Position numbers and translations under genes: made by a program
Part shown: positions 1 through 9,596 of the stretch, piece after piece
How positions within the stretch are numbered: position 1 is the first letter of the stretch
How the letters are laid out: each line of letters begins with the position of its first letter
Notes under the pieces: model-generated
Told to the model about the DNA's origin: nothing
Databases searched by the model: none
The model's input: the letters and a program-made list of their open reading frames with translations, nothing else
Origin: an uncultured delta proteobacterium
Lineage (GTDB): Bacteria > Myxococcota_A > Polyangia > Fen-1088
Direction of reading: 5' to 3'
NCBI GenBank assembly: GCA_963755125.1
Contig: CAVWIP010000015.1
Location: 288,001 to 352,000 of the forward strand
DNA length: 64,000 bases

Positions 1-98
1 CTGCCGTGTCAAGCGGCTGTCGAATGAAAGCTGGCCTGAGTCCTTTTCGGGCGCGGGCTTGGGGGTTGCCTCGGGAGGGACTTTGCCCCGGCGCGGGC

Positions 99-707
99 TC
101 ACCGCAGTCCCCGCGCTGCCGCCCGTTCGTAGTCCGCGGCGTTGGTTCGCAGGGCTTCCAGATCCGCGCTGGCCGTCCGCTTGAGCGCCTCCGCCTCACT
201 GGCCAGGCCCGCGAAGCCCCAGCCGAACGCAGGCCGGGTGGTCTTGCGGAAGAGTAGACGGCCGGCAGGCCACACGATCTCAGCCTCGGTTCCCGTGGCG
301 TTCACCACCGGCGGCCGATCGCCCGCTGCCGCAAGCTGGGCAGCCAAGTTGGACCACAGTTCAGAGGATAGCGATTTGGCGAACAGCGCGGCCGCATCTT
401 CGCTGGTGGCCGCGGGCTGGAAGCGTCGGATCATGCGCTCGCGCTGCTGTCCCTCGGGAAGGTTGCTGAGCGTGATGTCGTACGACTCGCGCCCCGCGCG
501 GAGAATAGTCATCCACGACCACTGTGTGTCCAGATCCAGAGCACCCCAGAGCCGGGCCGGATCGCGCATCGCCACTGCCCCTGCCAGGCGGGCCTTGGCT
601 TCAGCCGGCGTCTTGGATCCGCGGTGCCAGCAGGCCGAACCCAGAAGCATGGGCAGCGCCAGCAGGGTCGCCGTGAGGATGATGGCAAAAGGAGATCGGG
701 TTTTCAC
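99..707 (-). CDS. Hypothetical lipoprotein (202 aa)
   Basis: Basic N-terminus, hydrophobic stretch and lipobox-like LGSAC; GC3-rich codons. Confidence 0.7.
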   Translation of the reverse strand: MKTRSPFAIILTATLLALPMLLGSACWHRGSKTPAEAKARLAGAVAMRDPARLWGALDLDTQWSWMTILRAGRESYDITLSNLPEGQQRERMIRRFQPAATSEDAAALFAKSLSSELWSNLAAQLAAAGDRPPVVNATGTEAEIVWPAGRLLFRKTTRPAFGWGFAGLASEAEALKRTASADLEALRTNAADYERAAARGLR

Positions 708-790
708 AGGTCGTGGCCGTCAAAGCGAAACATGCTTGCAGGCGAAGCTAATGCCCGCCGGGCCGGCGCGCAACCGTTGCTGGGGCAAAT

Positions 791-825
791 GCGACCTGCG
801 GTCGCTCGTCGGGCGACCTGCCGGT
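791..825. repeat. Degenerate REP-like palindrome(s)
   Basis: GCGACC-TGC-GGTCGC at 791-805 and partial GGGCGACCTG at 811-820; same core at about 25010, 25090, 29470, 42546 and 54074. Confidence 0.65.
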
Positions 826-901
826 TGGGGCGCCCCATAATCCAGGTGCGTGCGGTACGACTCCTCGAACCGATTCGTGCTAGATTTCCGCGCGCTCGAC
901 G

Positions 902-2044
902 GTGACTGACGAAAGCAAAACCACCCCTCCTCCGGCCAGCGGGCCGTCGCCCGATGGGCCTGCCGCGCCCGCTGGCGAGGACGAGTTCGCCGGCATTCCG
1001 TCCTCACGCGGGCGTCATCCGGTCATCGCCGTGGGCACCGCCGCCCTGGCCTGCTTCCTGATTTTCCAGATTAGGGACGACTTGCGCTATGCCCTGTCGC
1101 CCAGCACGGCACAGGATCTGGGCGATGCGCGTGGGCTCACCACGACCAAGACCGAGGCGTTGCCCATCAACCGAACCGTGCGTTTGGCCGGCCATGCCGA
1201 TCGGGAAAGCGCGGTGGTGCTGGACACGCAGGGCTCTTGGCACTTCACGCAGTTCTTCCGCCTGCTCGGCACCAATAATCGGATCTTCGTCAGGCGGGCA
1301 TCTGACCCCTTGCCGGCCGAGTTGGCGGCGCATGACGTGTTCGTGGGCCGGCTCATGCGTTTTTCCGACCTGTCGTTTCAGGCGGCCATCCGCCGTCACT
1401 TCGCGGGTCACGTGAGCGCGACGCATTTTTTCGCGCCTGCGGACGTGCGTGCCGCGCTGGCCGGGGCATCGGGCGGCGCCTTGGCTCTCACTGACCTGCT
1501 CGGCGATCGAGTGTCCCTTGCCGCCAATGACGAGTTGGTCATCGACCTGGACCGTCCCGGCCAGATGCGGGTGGAGTTCATGCGCGATCGCTTTTCCGAT
1601 CAGGGCAAGGCCCGCGCTGCCGTCGAGCAGCGGGGAGGGCAGGTGATCGAGGCTCCCGGCGATGCCGTGGATCCCAAGCGCCTGGCCCTGATGGTGAGTT
1701 TCCCTCCCGAGCGGCGTGACCAGGCCTTGCAGGCCCTGGGTGAGATGGACCGCGACATGCACATCCAGCCTGCGCACACGACCCACAAGGCCCGCGTCGC
1801 TGACCTGGGCGCCACCGCCGAGGCAATCGTGGTCAAGACCGCGGGCGGCGAAACGCAAGCCTTCCCGCTCGCCCAGATCCAGGGCATCGGTACCCTGGCC
1901 GCAGTGCAGATCCCCGACGACGCGCTCATTCTGCTGGAAGGCGAACGGCCCGGCGAGCACCTCAAGTCTCTCGTCATCGCGGCCTTCCTGCTCGGATTCG
2001 CTGTCATCAATTTGTTGGCCCTGCGTCGGCGGGGCGATTGGTAG
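902..2044 (+). CDS. Hypothetical membrane protein with two terminal TM helices and a large soluble domain
   Basis: 380-aa ORF; hydrophobic VIAVGTAALACFLIFQI and LVIAAFLLGFAVINLLAL; ends 10 bp before cysS. Confidence 0.8.
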   Translation: MTDESKTTPPPASGPSPDGPAAPAGEDEFAGIPSSRGRHPVIAVGTAALACFLIFQIRDDLRYALSPSTAQDLGDARGLTTTKTEALPINRTVRLAGHADRESAVVLDTQGSWHFTQFFRLLGTNNRIFVRRASDPLPAELAAHDVFVGRLMRFSDLSFQAAIRRHFAGHVSATHFFAPADVRAALAGASGGALALTDLLGDRVSLAANDELVIDLDRPGQMRVEFMRDRFSDQGKARAAVEQRGGQVIEAPGDAVDPKRLALMVSFPPERRDQALQALGEMDRDMHIQPAHTTHKARVADLGATAEAIVVKTAGGETQAFPLAQIQGIGTLAAVQIPDDALILLEGERPGEHLKSLVIAAFLLGFAVINLLALRRRGDW

Positions 2045-2054
2045 GGTTGCCATC

Positions 2055-3518
2055 ATGATTCGGTTGCACGACACCCGGGCCAAGAAGAAAGTGGAATTTC
2101 AGCCGCGCGAACCCGGCAAGGTCTCGATCTATGTGTGCGGCGTGACAGTGTACGATCTCTGCCACGTGGGCCACGCGCGCACCGCGGTCGCCTTCGACGT
2201 GATCGTGCGCCACCTGCGCGCGCGCGGCTTCGACGTGCGCTTTGTGCGCAACATCACCGACGTCGACGACAAGATCATTCGCAAAGGCTTGTCCGAAGGG
2301 CGGCCTGCCGCCGAGATCGCGCGCTTCTATGCCGACGCCATGGCGACCGACATGGCGGGCCTGGGCGTGGCCCCGGCTGACATTGAGCCGCGCGCCACCT
2401 TGCACATTGCCGAGATGATCGACGTCATCCGCCGGCTGGAAGCACGCGGTCTGGCCTACCCCGCAGGCGGCGACGTGTACTATTCGGTGGCAGGATTTCC
2501 CAACTACGGTGGCCTGTCGGGACAAAGCCCCGAGGAACTACAGGCCGGCGCGCGCATCGAAGTGGGCGAGCACAAGAAGAGCCCACTCGATTTCGCCTTG
2601 TGGAAGGCGGCCAAGCCGGGTGAACCGTCGTGGGACAGCCCCTGGGGGCCGGGCCGTCCGGGCTGGCACATCGAGTGCTCGGCCATGTCGCACCGGTATC
2701 TGGGCGACAGCTTCGACATCCACGGCGGCGGCTCGGACTTGATCTTCCCCCACCACGAAAATGAGATTGCCCAGTCCGAGGGCGCGTTCGGTGCCTTCGC
2801 GCGCTACTGGATGCACTCGGGGATGCTCAACTTCGGCGGCGAAAAGATGTCCAAGTCGCTGGGCAACGTGGTCACCATCCGCCGTGCGGCCGAGACGCAC
2901 GATCTCGAGGCGCTGCGCCTTTTGCTCATCAGCGTGCACTATCGCAGCCCAGCCGCATTCACCGTCGCACGCGACGACGCGGGCCAGCCTCTCTACCCCG
3001 ATCTCGACGAAGCCGAAGCCCGGTTGGACTATTTCTATAGAACCCTGGAACGGCTGGACGCATTCGTCGGCACCTTGGCGAACCCGCCCACGCCGGGCCC
3101 GTCGGAACTGGCCACGCGCTTTGTCGAAGCCATGGATGACGACTTCAACACCGCGGCCGGCATAGGTCACCTCTACGATGCATTCGTGCTGGCCAACAAG
3201 CTGCTGGACGATGCCAAGGCGGCGCCCAAGGCGGAGCGACAGGTGACGCTGACCGCGCTGGCGCGCGACGCGCGCGCAGCAGGCGCGACCCTCGGGATCA
3301 TGCGGCGGCCGCCCGGCGAGTTTCTCGACAGCCGGCGTGCGCGCTTGTGCGAGCGGCGCAAGATCGATCCCATGGCCGTCGAATCCGGCATCGCCGAACG
3401 CGCCGCAGCCCGCGCGTCCAAGAACTTCCAGCGCGCCGACGAGATCCGCGCCGGGCTGAAACAGCGAGGGGTGGAATTGATGGATGGCCCCAAGGGGACC
3501 ACCTGGCGGGTGGTCTAG
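2055..3518 (+). CDS. cysS: Cysteine--tRNA ligase
   Basis: CGVTVYD..HVGH (HIGH motif), GRPGWHIECSAM, KMSKS; true start MIRLHDT at ATG 2055. Confidence 0.98.
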   Translation: MIRLHDTRAKKKVEFQPREPGKVSIYVCGVTVYDLCHVGHARTAVAFDVIVRHLRARGFDVRFVRNITDVDDKIIRKGLSEGRPAAEIARFYADAMATDMAGLGVAPADIEPRATLHIAEMIDVIRRLEARGLAYPAGGDVYYSVAGFPNYGGLSGQSPEELQAGARIEVGEHKKSPLDFALWKAAKPGEPSWDSPWGPGRPGWHIECSAMSHRYLGDSFDIHGGGSDLIFPHHENEIAQSEGAFGAFARYWMHSGMLNFGGEKMSKSLGNVVTIRRAAETHDLEALRLLLISVHYRSPAAFTVARDDAGQPLYPDLDEAEARLDYFYRTLERLDAFVGTLANPPTPGPSELATRFVEAMDDDFNTAAGIGHLYDAFVLANKLLDDAKAAPKAERQVTLTALARDARAAGATLGIMRRPPGEFLDSRRARLCERRKIDPMAVESGIAERAAARASKNFQRADEIRAGLKQRGVELMDGPKGTTWRVV

Positions 3519-4480
3519 CGGCGCTGATCGCCTTTGGAGAGGTACGCGAGAATCACGTCATCCAGGCTGCGCGTGCTGACCAGGCTCTCTGCGGGGGGCT
3601 CTTGCGTCGCGGGAGGAGGTGCGGCGGTGCGAGGCGCGGCGTTGGCGTCGGCGGTTTCGGTCATCGGCGTGGCTTGCGGCACGTCCTGCTCGGGCCGTCG
3701 GCTGGCCATGGGGTGGCTGCCTTCCTGGACGACATACGGAACCCCGCCGCCAGGGCGGCGCGGGCGAGGCGCCATGGGGCGAGCCGCGCCCGGGGTCTTG
3801 GCGCCTGCGCCCACGACGATCCGGCGCTGGACCACCACGGCCGAGGCAGGGGGTTGAGGCTTTATGGACCGCCGGCCGTCGCGCGGCGGTCCCGGCTCGC
3901 CGGGACCAACGGCAGCCATGTCGCGAGTGGGGCGCTTGAAGGTGTAGGTTCCGCGCCCAGGCAGGGAGGGACGGATGATGTGCAGGGGCAGAGGTTCGGG
4001 AGTCTGCATCCTGTCCGGCGGCGGGGTTGGAATGGAATCCAGATCGAGGATCTCCGGGCCTGGGCTGGGGGTTGCCTCGGGCAAAGGCGCGGGCGGCTCG
4101 GGTGCGGCCGCTCGCGGCAAGGGCGGCTCTGCCTCGGTTGCGAAGAGCGGCGCCGCATCCGCCACAGCTTTGCGAGGGGAGGTGAAAACCTCGCCCCTCG
4201 CCGCGAAAAAATCCCCCAGGCGGTCATCATACAGGCCCTGCTTTAGCTCCTTGAGTATCTCCTTGTGCTGAACCTGCATCAGCTCTCGCACGCCGTCCTC
4301 GGCGGACGCGGCGTCGTACTCGCACCGCTTGGTCGCCAGGATGCTGCCCTCGAAGAAGAGATGGGTGAAGAGGTGGGGATTGGCCGGGCCGGAATCCTCA
4401 GTCTGCACGTGGAGAATTCTCCCCCCGTAGCGCACGTTGTGGTTGTACCCGAGCAGGGGGCTTCGAATCGGCTTGCCCAT
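3515..4480 (-). CDS. Conserved hypothetical protein with globular N-domain, Pro-rich linker and short C-terminal helix
   Basis: GYNHNVRYGGRILHVQTEDSG N-terminus and SLDDVILAYL C-terminus, recalled from myxobacterial hypothetical proteins. Confidence 0.8.
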   Translation of the reverse strand: MGKPIRSPLLGYNHNVRYGGRILHVQTEDSGPANPHLFTHLFFEGSILATKRCEYDAASAEDGVRELMQVQHKEILKELKQGLYDDRLGDFFAARGEVFTSPRKAVADAAPLFATEAEPPLPRAAAPEPPAPLPEATPSPGPEILDLDSIPTPPPDRMQTPEPLPLHIIRPSLPGRGTYTFKRPTRDMAAVGPGEPGPPRDGRRSIKPQPPASAVVVQRRIVVGAGAKTPGAARPMAPRPRRPGGGVPYVVQEGSHPMASRRPEQDVPQATPMTETADANAAPRTAAPPPATQEPPAESLVSTRSLDDVILAYLSKGDQRR

Positions 4481-4543
4481 TAAAAAGCGAAGTATAGCGC
4501 TTGCGCCGACTGTGCTAAAATTGCTTTATAGCAGGGCCTCCCG

Positions 4544-4840
4544 ATGGTGAACGTCACCGCCATCAAGATTCGCGACAATATGCAGCCCCGATCGGCCTGC
4601 GCAGGCTTGGGGCGGCCCTACAGCGGCTATCTCATCAGCTTCCCCACCGTCGGCCGGGGCATGGTCATATTTCGCGATCCCAGCGGCCATCGCATGGTGA
4701 CCACGCCGGTGCGGCGGGTGCTGAGCGAGTTCGGAGCCGCTGACGTCTACGTCGAGACCGAGAACTCGGTCTATCGTCTTCGTTTCAGTTCGGCACCTGC
4801 AGTCGAGGAGGCGGCCGGCGCCACGGTGAAATCGGGTTAG
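4544..4840 (+). CDS. Small hypothetical protein (98 aa)
   Basis: Coding-like composition; divergent from the previous gene across an AT-rich 63-bp spacer; VETENSVYRL motif. Confidence 0.7.
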   Translation: MVNVTAIKIRDNMQPRSACAGLGRPYSGYLISFPTVGRGMVIFRDPSGHRMVTTPVRRVLSEFGAADVYVETENSVYRLRFSSAPAVEEAAGATVKSG

Positions 4841-5013
4841 GATCTGACGCCGCGCTGGCGGTGAAATTTTGACAGAGTGGGGCGCAGCGGGCGACTCGAC
4901 CGCCGTGGGCGCTGATTTCGCGGTCGTAGGCAGGTCGCGGTGGTCGTGGAACAGCGGTTGCAAGAGCGCCATCCATGACCAGCATCTCGTGCTACGCTGT
5001 CCGCCATACCAGC

Positions 5014-6987
5014 ATGGTTCGTCATGCCCTGATTCTTGCGGCGGGACGCGGCCGCCCGGTCGCCGACCGGGAGACGCCCAACTGCCTGTCGGCTGTGGCG
5101 GGGGTTCCTCTGATCTTGCGCACGCTGCGCGTGCTGGCTAGCGCGGGGATCCGGCGCGTGGGCATCGTGGTCGGCTGGAAAGGCGATGAGCTTCGCCGAC
5201 GTATCGAAGCCCTTTGCGCGTCGGAACATGGTCTTCCGACCGAGATCCTCTTTTTCGACAATCCCTCCTGGGAAAAGCCGAATGGGTTGTCGCTGCTGGC
5301 CGCGCGTTCGTTTGTGACCGAGCGGACCTTGCTGGTGATGGCCGATCAGATCGCGGCGCCGCACCTGGTGCGCGACATGGCGAATCTGCCTGCGGCCGGC
5401 GCGGCCACGGTGCTGGCGGTGGATCGGGATCTGTCGCGCGTGTTCGATTTCGACGATGCCACCAGGGTTCGTCTGACCGCTGCCCAGGGCAGCGAGACCT
5501 TGTGCCATGTCACGTCGATTGGCAAGGATCTGACGGTCCATGACGCCGTCAGCGCGGGTCTCTTCGTCATGTCGCCCTCGCTCATCGCCTGCCTCGATAC
5601 CCTGGCCGCTGCCGGCGCCCCATCGCTGACCGAGGGCGTGGCCGAGGCTGCGCGGCGCGGGCTGGTCGAGGCGTACGACGTGGCCGGGGCGGTGTGGCAG
5701 GACGTGGATTCGGCAGACATGCGCCAGCACGCCGAATGGCTGCTGCGGGTCTACGGCGATGACTTGCGCCACCCCGACGTGCGCGGTACCGCGCGATCCA
5801 CCGGCACCGACACGCTGGCCCTGATTGAACGCCTGCTGGCCGAGAAGGATGCTCCCCGCTACACGCTCTTCAATCCCGGGCCGGTGATGACCTCCGCTCG
5901 GGTCAAGGCGGCCCTGGTCCACCACGACATCTGCCACCGTGACGAGGACTACTCGGGCGTGGTGCGCCGGCTGCAGCAGAAGCTGCGGCCCGTGTTCGGC
6001 GCTTCGCCTGAACATGAAATGTTGCTGGTGACTGGCTCGGGCACGGCAGCCATGGAAATGGCGATCTCGTCGGTAGTGCCGCCCGGCAAGAAGATCCTGA
6101 TCATCGAGAACGGCGCCTTCGGCGAGCGCCTGGCCGAGATCGCGCAGCTTCACCACCTGGAGCATGTCCGACTCGCATCTCCCTGGGGCAGCCTGCCCGA
6201 GCTCGCGGCGGTCGAGGCGGCGCTGGCGGCTGACCCCACCATCGTGGCGGTGGCCATGATCCATCACGAAACCTCGGTAGGCGTGGTGAACCCGGTGGGC
6301 GCCATCGGGCGGGTGTGCCGGCTGCGCGGCGCGATCCTGGTGGTCGACGCCGTGTCTTCACTGGGAGTCGAGGATCTGGACGTGGTCCGTGACAGCGTGG
6401 ACATCTGTTATTCCTCGGCCAACAAGTGCCTGCACTCCTGCTCGGGCGTGTCGTTCCTGTGCGTGGCGCCCACGGTTTGGCCGCGCATTGAAGACATCCC
6501 ACCGCGCGTGTACTACCTGGATCTGCGGCGCTATCGCCGCTATCTGACCGAGCTGGCGCAGACGCCGTTCACCCCGGCGGTGTCATCGTTCTTCGCGCTG
6601 GAAACCGCGCTCGACGAGTTGTTCGAGCAAGGTGGGGTGGCATCCCGACGCGAGACCTACCGCCGGCGCAACCTGCTCATCAGGCGCGTGCTGACCGACC
6701 TGGGGTTCCAGTCGCTGACCAACACCGGCCGCGAGTCGCACACCATCTCGACCATGCGCGTGCCTGCGGTGATTGCCGTCGACGAACTGTATGCCCGCCT
6801 GAAGGAACGCGGATTCATCATCTACCGCTGCAAGGGCGCGCTGGGCGCGCACTACATCCAGATTTCGAACATGGGCGAACTGCCCGATGCCACCATCGAC
6901 GCCTTCCTGGGCGCGGTGGCCGACGTGGTGGGCGCGGCCCGCGAGGCCGCGCGCGCCAAAGATCGCGGGTGCCTGCGCTCGGTGTAG
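5014..6987 (+). CDS. Fusion of a LicC/PntC-like cytidylyltransferase and a class-V PLP 2-aminoethylphosphonate transaminase (PhnW/AepZ-like)
   Basis: N-domain ALILAAGRG, NGLSLL, LLVMAD, WQDVDS; C-domain FNPGPVMTS, SGTAAME, HHETS, DAVSS, SSANKC (PLP lysine). Start 5014 preferred over 4975. Confidence 0.85.
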   Translation: MVRHALILAAGRGRPVADRETPNCLSAVAGVPLILRTLRVLASAGIRRVGIVVGWKGDELRRRIEALCASEHGLPTEILFFDNPSWEKPNGLSLLAARSFVTERTLLVMADQIAAPHLVRDMANLPAAGAATVLAVDRDLSRVFDFDDATRVRLTAAQGSETLCHVTSIGKDLTVHDAVSAGLFVMSPSLIACLDTLAAAGAPSLTEGVAEAARRGLVEAYDVAGAVWQDVDSADMRQHAEWLLRVYGDDLRHPDVRGTARSTGTDTLALIERLLAEKDAPRYTLFNPGPVMTSARVKAALVHHDICHRDEDYSGVVRRLQQKLRPVFGASPEHEMLLVTGSGTAAMEMAISSVVPPGKKILIIENGAFGERLAEIAQLHHLEHVRLASPWGSLPELAAVEAALAADPTIVAVAMIHHETSVGVVNPVGAIGRVCRLRGAILVVDAVSSLGVEDLDVVRDSVDICYSSANKCLHSCSGVSFLCVAPTVWPRIEDIPPRVYYLDLRRYRRYLTELAQTPFTPAVSSFFALETALDELFEQGGVASRRETYRRRNLLIRRVLTDLGFQSLTNTGRESHTISTMRVPAVIAVDELYARLKERGFIIYRCKGALGAHYIQISNMGELPDATIDAFLGAVADVVGAAREAARAKDRGCLRSV

Positions 6988-7016
6988 GCTTTCAGCGAGA
7001 CGAGCGGCCGCGGTGG

Positions 7017-7691
7017 TCAGGGGGCGAGAATGCCCGGTGGGACGTTGGGCGGCGGGGCGCCAGCGTCCAGAGCCGGCTCCGCTGCCAGCAACTCGAGATC
7101 GAAAACCAGGGTCGCGTGGCCCGGCAAGGTGGGCGGACGGCCCTGGTCGCCGTAGGCCAGCGACGGCGGGCACACCAGCTTGGCGGTCTCGCCGATCTTC
7201 ATTTTTTGTAGCGCCTCGATCCAGCAGGGGATGGTCCCGGCCAGCACCAGTTCAACCGGCGCGCCCTCGATCTCGCTGTCGAACACGGCGCCGTTGGTGA
7301 ACGCGGCCCGGTAGTGGACCTTGACCCGGTCGGTGTAGCTGGGGCTGCGGCCGCTGCCGGGTTTCAGCGTCCTGAGCACCAGACCGCTCTCGGTCTTGAC
7401 TGCGCCCGGCTCTTGAGCCGCAGCCTCGATGAACGCCTTGCCAGCCGCCTCGGTCTTTTCCACGCCCTCGGCCACCCGGCGTCGCGCGATCTCCTCCACC
7501 TTGGGGGCGTAGGTTTCGACCGACACCTGCGGGGGACGGCCCGCGACCTGATCGGACATGCCGGCCTTGACGAATTCCAGCTCCGCCGCCGTCAGGTTCA
7601 GCGTGGTGGTGCTGCGGCCCAGCGCGATGCCCACGATGTACAGGGTTTTCTCGTCATCGCTGGCGCGGCTAAGATCCGGCGCGCCCGGCAG
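7017..7691 (-). CDS. FKBP-type peptidyl-prolyl isomerase (FkpA/Mip-like); start uncertain
   Basis: KTESGL, DRVKVHY, FDS, IPCWIEALQKM, PPSLAYG, TLVFDLELL; frame stays open upstream of the tracked GTG (7634) through DDEKTLYIVG. Confidence 0.85.
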   Translation of the reverse strand: MPGAPDLSRASDDEKTLYIVGIALGRSTTTLNLTAAELEFVKAGMSDQVAGRPPQVSVETYAPKVEEIARRRVAEGVEKTEAAGKAFIEAAAQEPGAVKTESGLVLRTLKPGSGRSPSYTDRVKVHYRAAFTNGAVFDSEIEGAPVELVLAGTIPCWIEALQKMKIGETAKLVCPPSLAYGDQGRPPTLPGHATLVFDLELLAAEPALDAGAPPPNVPPGILAP

Positions 7692-7795
7692 GTAGCTCGG
7701 TCCATGGCCGTACTACTCGATCGCATTATTTCGGCAAGTCAGGCCGGATTTGCGTTCTGGCCACGCAACGTTGGCGCGCCAACTGTTTTCTGCGC

Positions 7796-7824
7796 TTGAC
7801 ACCTGTGCGGCTGGCGTATATCAC
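7796..7824 (+). promoter_or_regulatory. Sigma70-like promoter of the merR-isc operon
   Basis: Perfect TTGACA at 7796-7801; TATCAC 17 bp downstream (imperfect -10). Confidence 0.6.
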
Positions 7825-7825
7825 T

Positions 7826-7841
7826 CTTACGTAAACGTAAG
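7826..7841. promoter_or_regulatory. Palindromic operator CTTACGT-AA-ACGTAAG
   Basis: Perfect 7-bp inverted repeat with 2-bp spacer, AT-rich in a GC-rich context, between the -10 and the MerR start. Confidence 0.75.
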
Positions 7842-7850
7842 GGTCTGGTT

Positions 7851-8339
7851 GTGCCATCAGAAATTACAGCAGATACGCTATCTCTACTGAAAGTAGGTGA
7901 TATAGCGCGGCGAACCGGAAAGACCGTCCGGGCGATACACCTCTATGAAGAGCTGGGCCTGCTCAACCCGGCGGTGCGGTCCAAGGGCGGCTTTCGCATG
8001 TACCGGGGTGACGGGGTCAAGCGCATCGAGTGGATCCAGAAGCTGCAGGACATGGGCTTCTCACTGACCGAGATCAAGGTCTTCCTGCGCGTGTGGGAAG
8101 AGAGCGCCACCGCGCCCAAGGCGATGGCCACTGTGCGCGAGATCTTCACCGACAAATTGCGGGAGACGCGCGAGACCATTGCGCGCCTCACGCGCCTAGC
8201 CGACGAACTTTCCGAAAGCCTCGCCTTCCTCGAAGGCTGCCGTTCTTGCGATCAGGGTCAGCACCAGCGCGAGTGCGGCGGCTGCGGCCGATCGGACCAC
8301 GAAGTTCCCCTGCTGGTGGACGGAATCGCAAAGCGCTGA
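7851..8339 (+). CDS. MerR-family transcriptional regulator with C-terminal CxxC-x8-CxxC
   Basis: LKVGDIARRTGKTVRAIHLYEELGLL..RSKGGFRMY HTH, GFSLTEIK, coiled helix, then CRSCDQGQHQRECGGC. Confidence 0.93.
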   Translation: MPSEITADTLSLLKVGDIARRTGKTVRAIHLYEELGLLNPAVRSKGGFRMYRGDGVKRIEWIQKLQDMGFSLTEIKVFLRVWEESATAPKAMATVREIFTDKLRETRETIARLTRLADELSESLAFLEGCRSCDQGQHQRECGGCGRSDHEVPLLVDGIAKR

Positions 8340-8342
8340 AGC

Positions 8343-9563
8343 ATGGCCCCCAAGCTTCCCATATACATGGACAATCACGCGACCACGCCGGTGGATGCGC
8401 GCGTGCTCGACGCCATGCTGCCCTACTTTCGTGGGGATTTCGGCAACGCCGCCAGCCGGTCGCATGTCTTCGGCTGGAACGCCGAACGGGCCGTGGAGCA
8501 GGCGCGCGAGCAGGTGGCGGCGGTCATCGGCGCCTCAGGGCGAGAGATCGTCTGGACCTCGGGCGCTACCGAATCAGACAACCTGGCGATCAAGGGTGCG
8601 GCCGAGTTCTATCGCGACCGGGGCAACCACATCATCACCGCTGTGACCGAGCACAAGGCCGTGCTCGACACATGCAAGCGGTTGGAGAAGTCAGGCTTCG
8701 AGGTGACCTACCTGCCGGTCGAGCGTGACGGCCGCGTGAACCCGCAGGCGGTGGCCAATGCCCTGACCGACCGGACCATTGTGGTTTCCATCATGCTGGC
8801 CAATAACGAGGTGGGCACCATCAATCCGGTGGCCGAGATCGGCCAGGTGGTGAAGGCGCGCGGGGCGGTGTTTCATATCGACGCGGTCCAGGGCGTGGGC
8901 AAGATTCCCTTCGACGTCGCCACCACACACGCCGATCTGGTTTCCCTGTCGGCGCACAAGATGTACGGCCCCAAGGGCGTGGGCGCGCTGTACGTGCGGC
9001 GCAAGCCGCGGGTGCGCATCACCCCCATCATCGACGGCGGCGGCCACGAGCGCGGCATGCGCTCGGGCACGCTCAACGTGCCGGGCATTGTCGGGTTCGG
9101 CAAGGCGGCGGAGATCAGCGCGGCCGAGATGGCAGAGGAGAGCAGGCGGCTGCTGGCGCTGCGCGAACGGCTGCGCCTGGGCATCGAAGCGCGGGTCAGC
9201 AACACTGTGTTGAACGGCTCGCTGGAGTACCGGCTGCCGGGCAGCCTGAACGTGAGCTTCGCCTACGTCGAAGGCGAGGCGCTGATGATGGCGCTCAAGG
9301 ACGTCGCGGTGTCATCGGGCTCGGCGTGTACGTCGGCTTCGCTGGAGCCGTCGTATGTCTTGCGCGCCATGGGCGTGCCCGTGGAGATGGCGCACACATC
9401 GATTCGCTTCGGTCTCGGTCGATTCAATACCGAGGAGGAAGTCGACTACGTGATCGATCTGGTGGCGCAAAAAGTTAAGAAACTCCGGGAAATGTCGCCT
9501 TTGTGGGAGATGGCGCAATCCGGAGTCGATATCAACGGCATCCAATGGGCAGGACAGCGTTAG
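8343..9563 (+). CDS. iscS: Cysteine desulfurase IscS
   Basis: [19 protein letters not shown] (PLP lysine), SSGSACTS. Confidence 0.98.
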   Translation: MAPKLPIYMDNHATTPVDARVLDAMLPYFRGDFGNAASRSHVFGWNAERAVEQAREQVAAVIGASGREIVWTSGATESDNLAIKGAAEFYRDRGNHIITAVTEHKAVLDTCKRLEKSGFEVTYLPVERDGRVNPQAVANALTDRTIVVSIMLANNEVGTINPVAEIGQVVKARGAVFHIDAVQGVGKIPFDVATTHADLVSLSAHKMYGPKGVGALYVRRKPRVRITPIIDGGGHERGMRSGTLNVPGIVGFGKAAEISAAEMAEESRRLLALRERLRLGIEARVSNTVLNGSLEYRLPGSLNVSFAYVEGEALMMALKDVAVSSGSACTSASLEPSYVLRAMGVPVEMAHTSIRFGLGRFNTEEEVDYVIDLVAQKVKKLREMSPLWEMAQSGVDINGIQWAGQR

Positions 9564-9596
9564 CGCAGTAGCGAGAAGTACAAGAGGTAAAGCATC

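Noticed and set aside
1716..2054. N-terminal extensions on cysS (and likewise 20811-21320, 22870-23256, 36327-36650, 40023-40349)
   Set aside because: They overlap neighbouring genes and are low-complexity; downstream starts match the family N-termini
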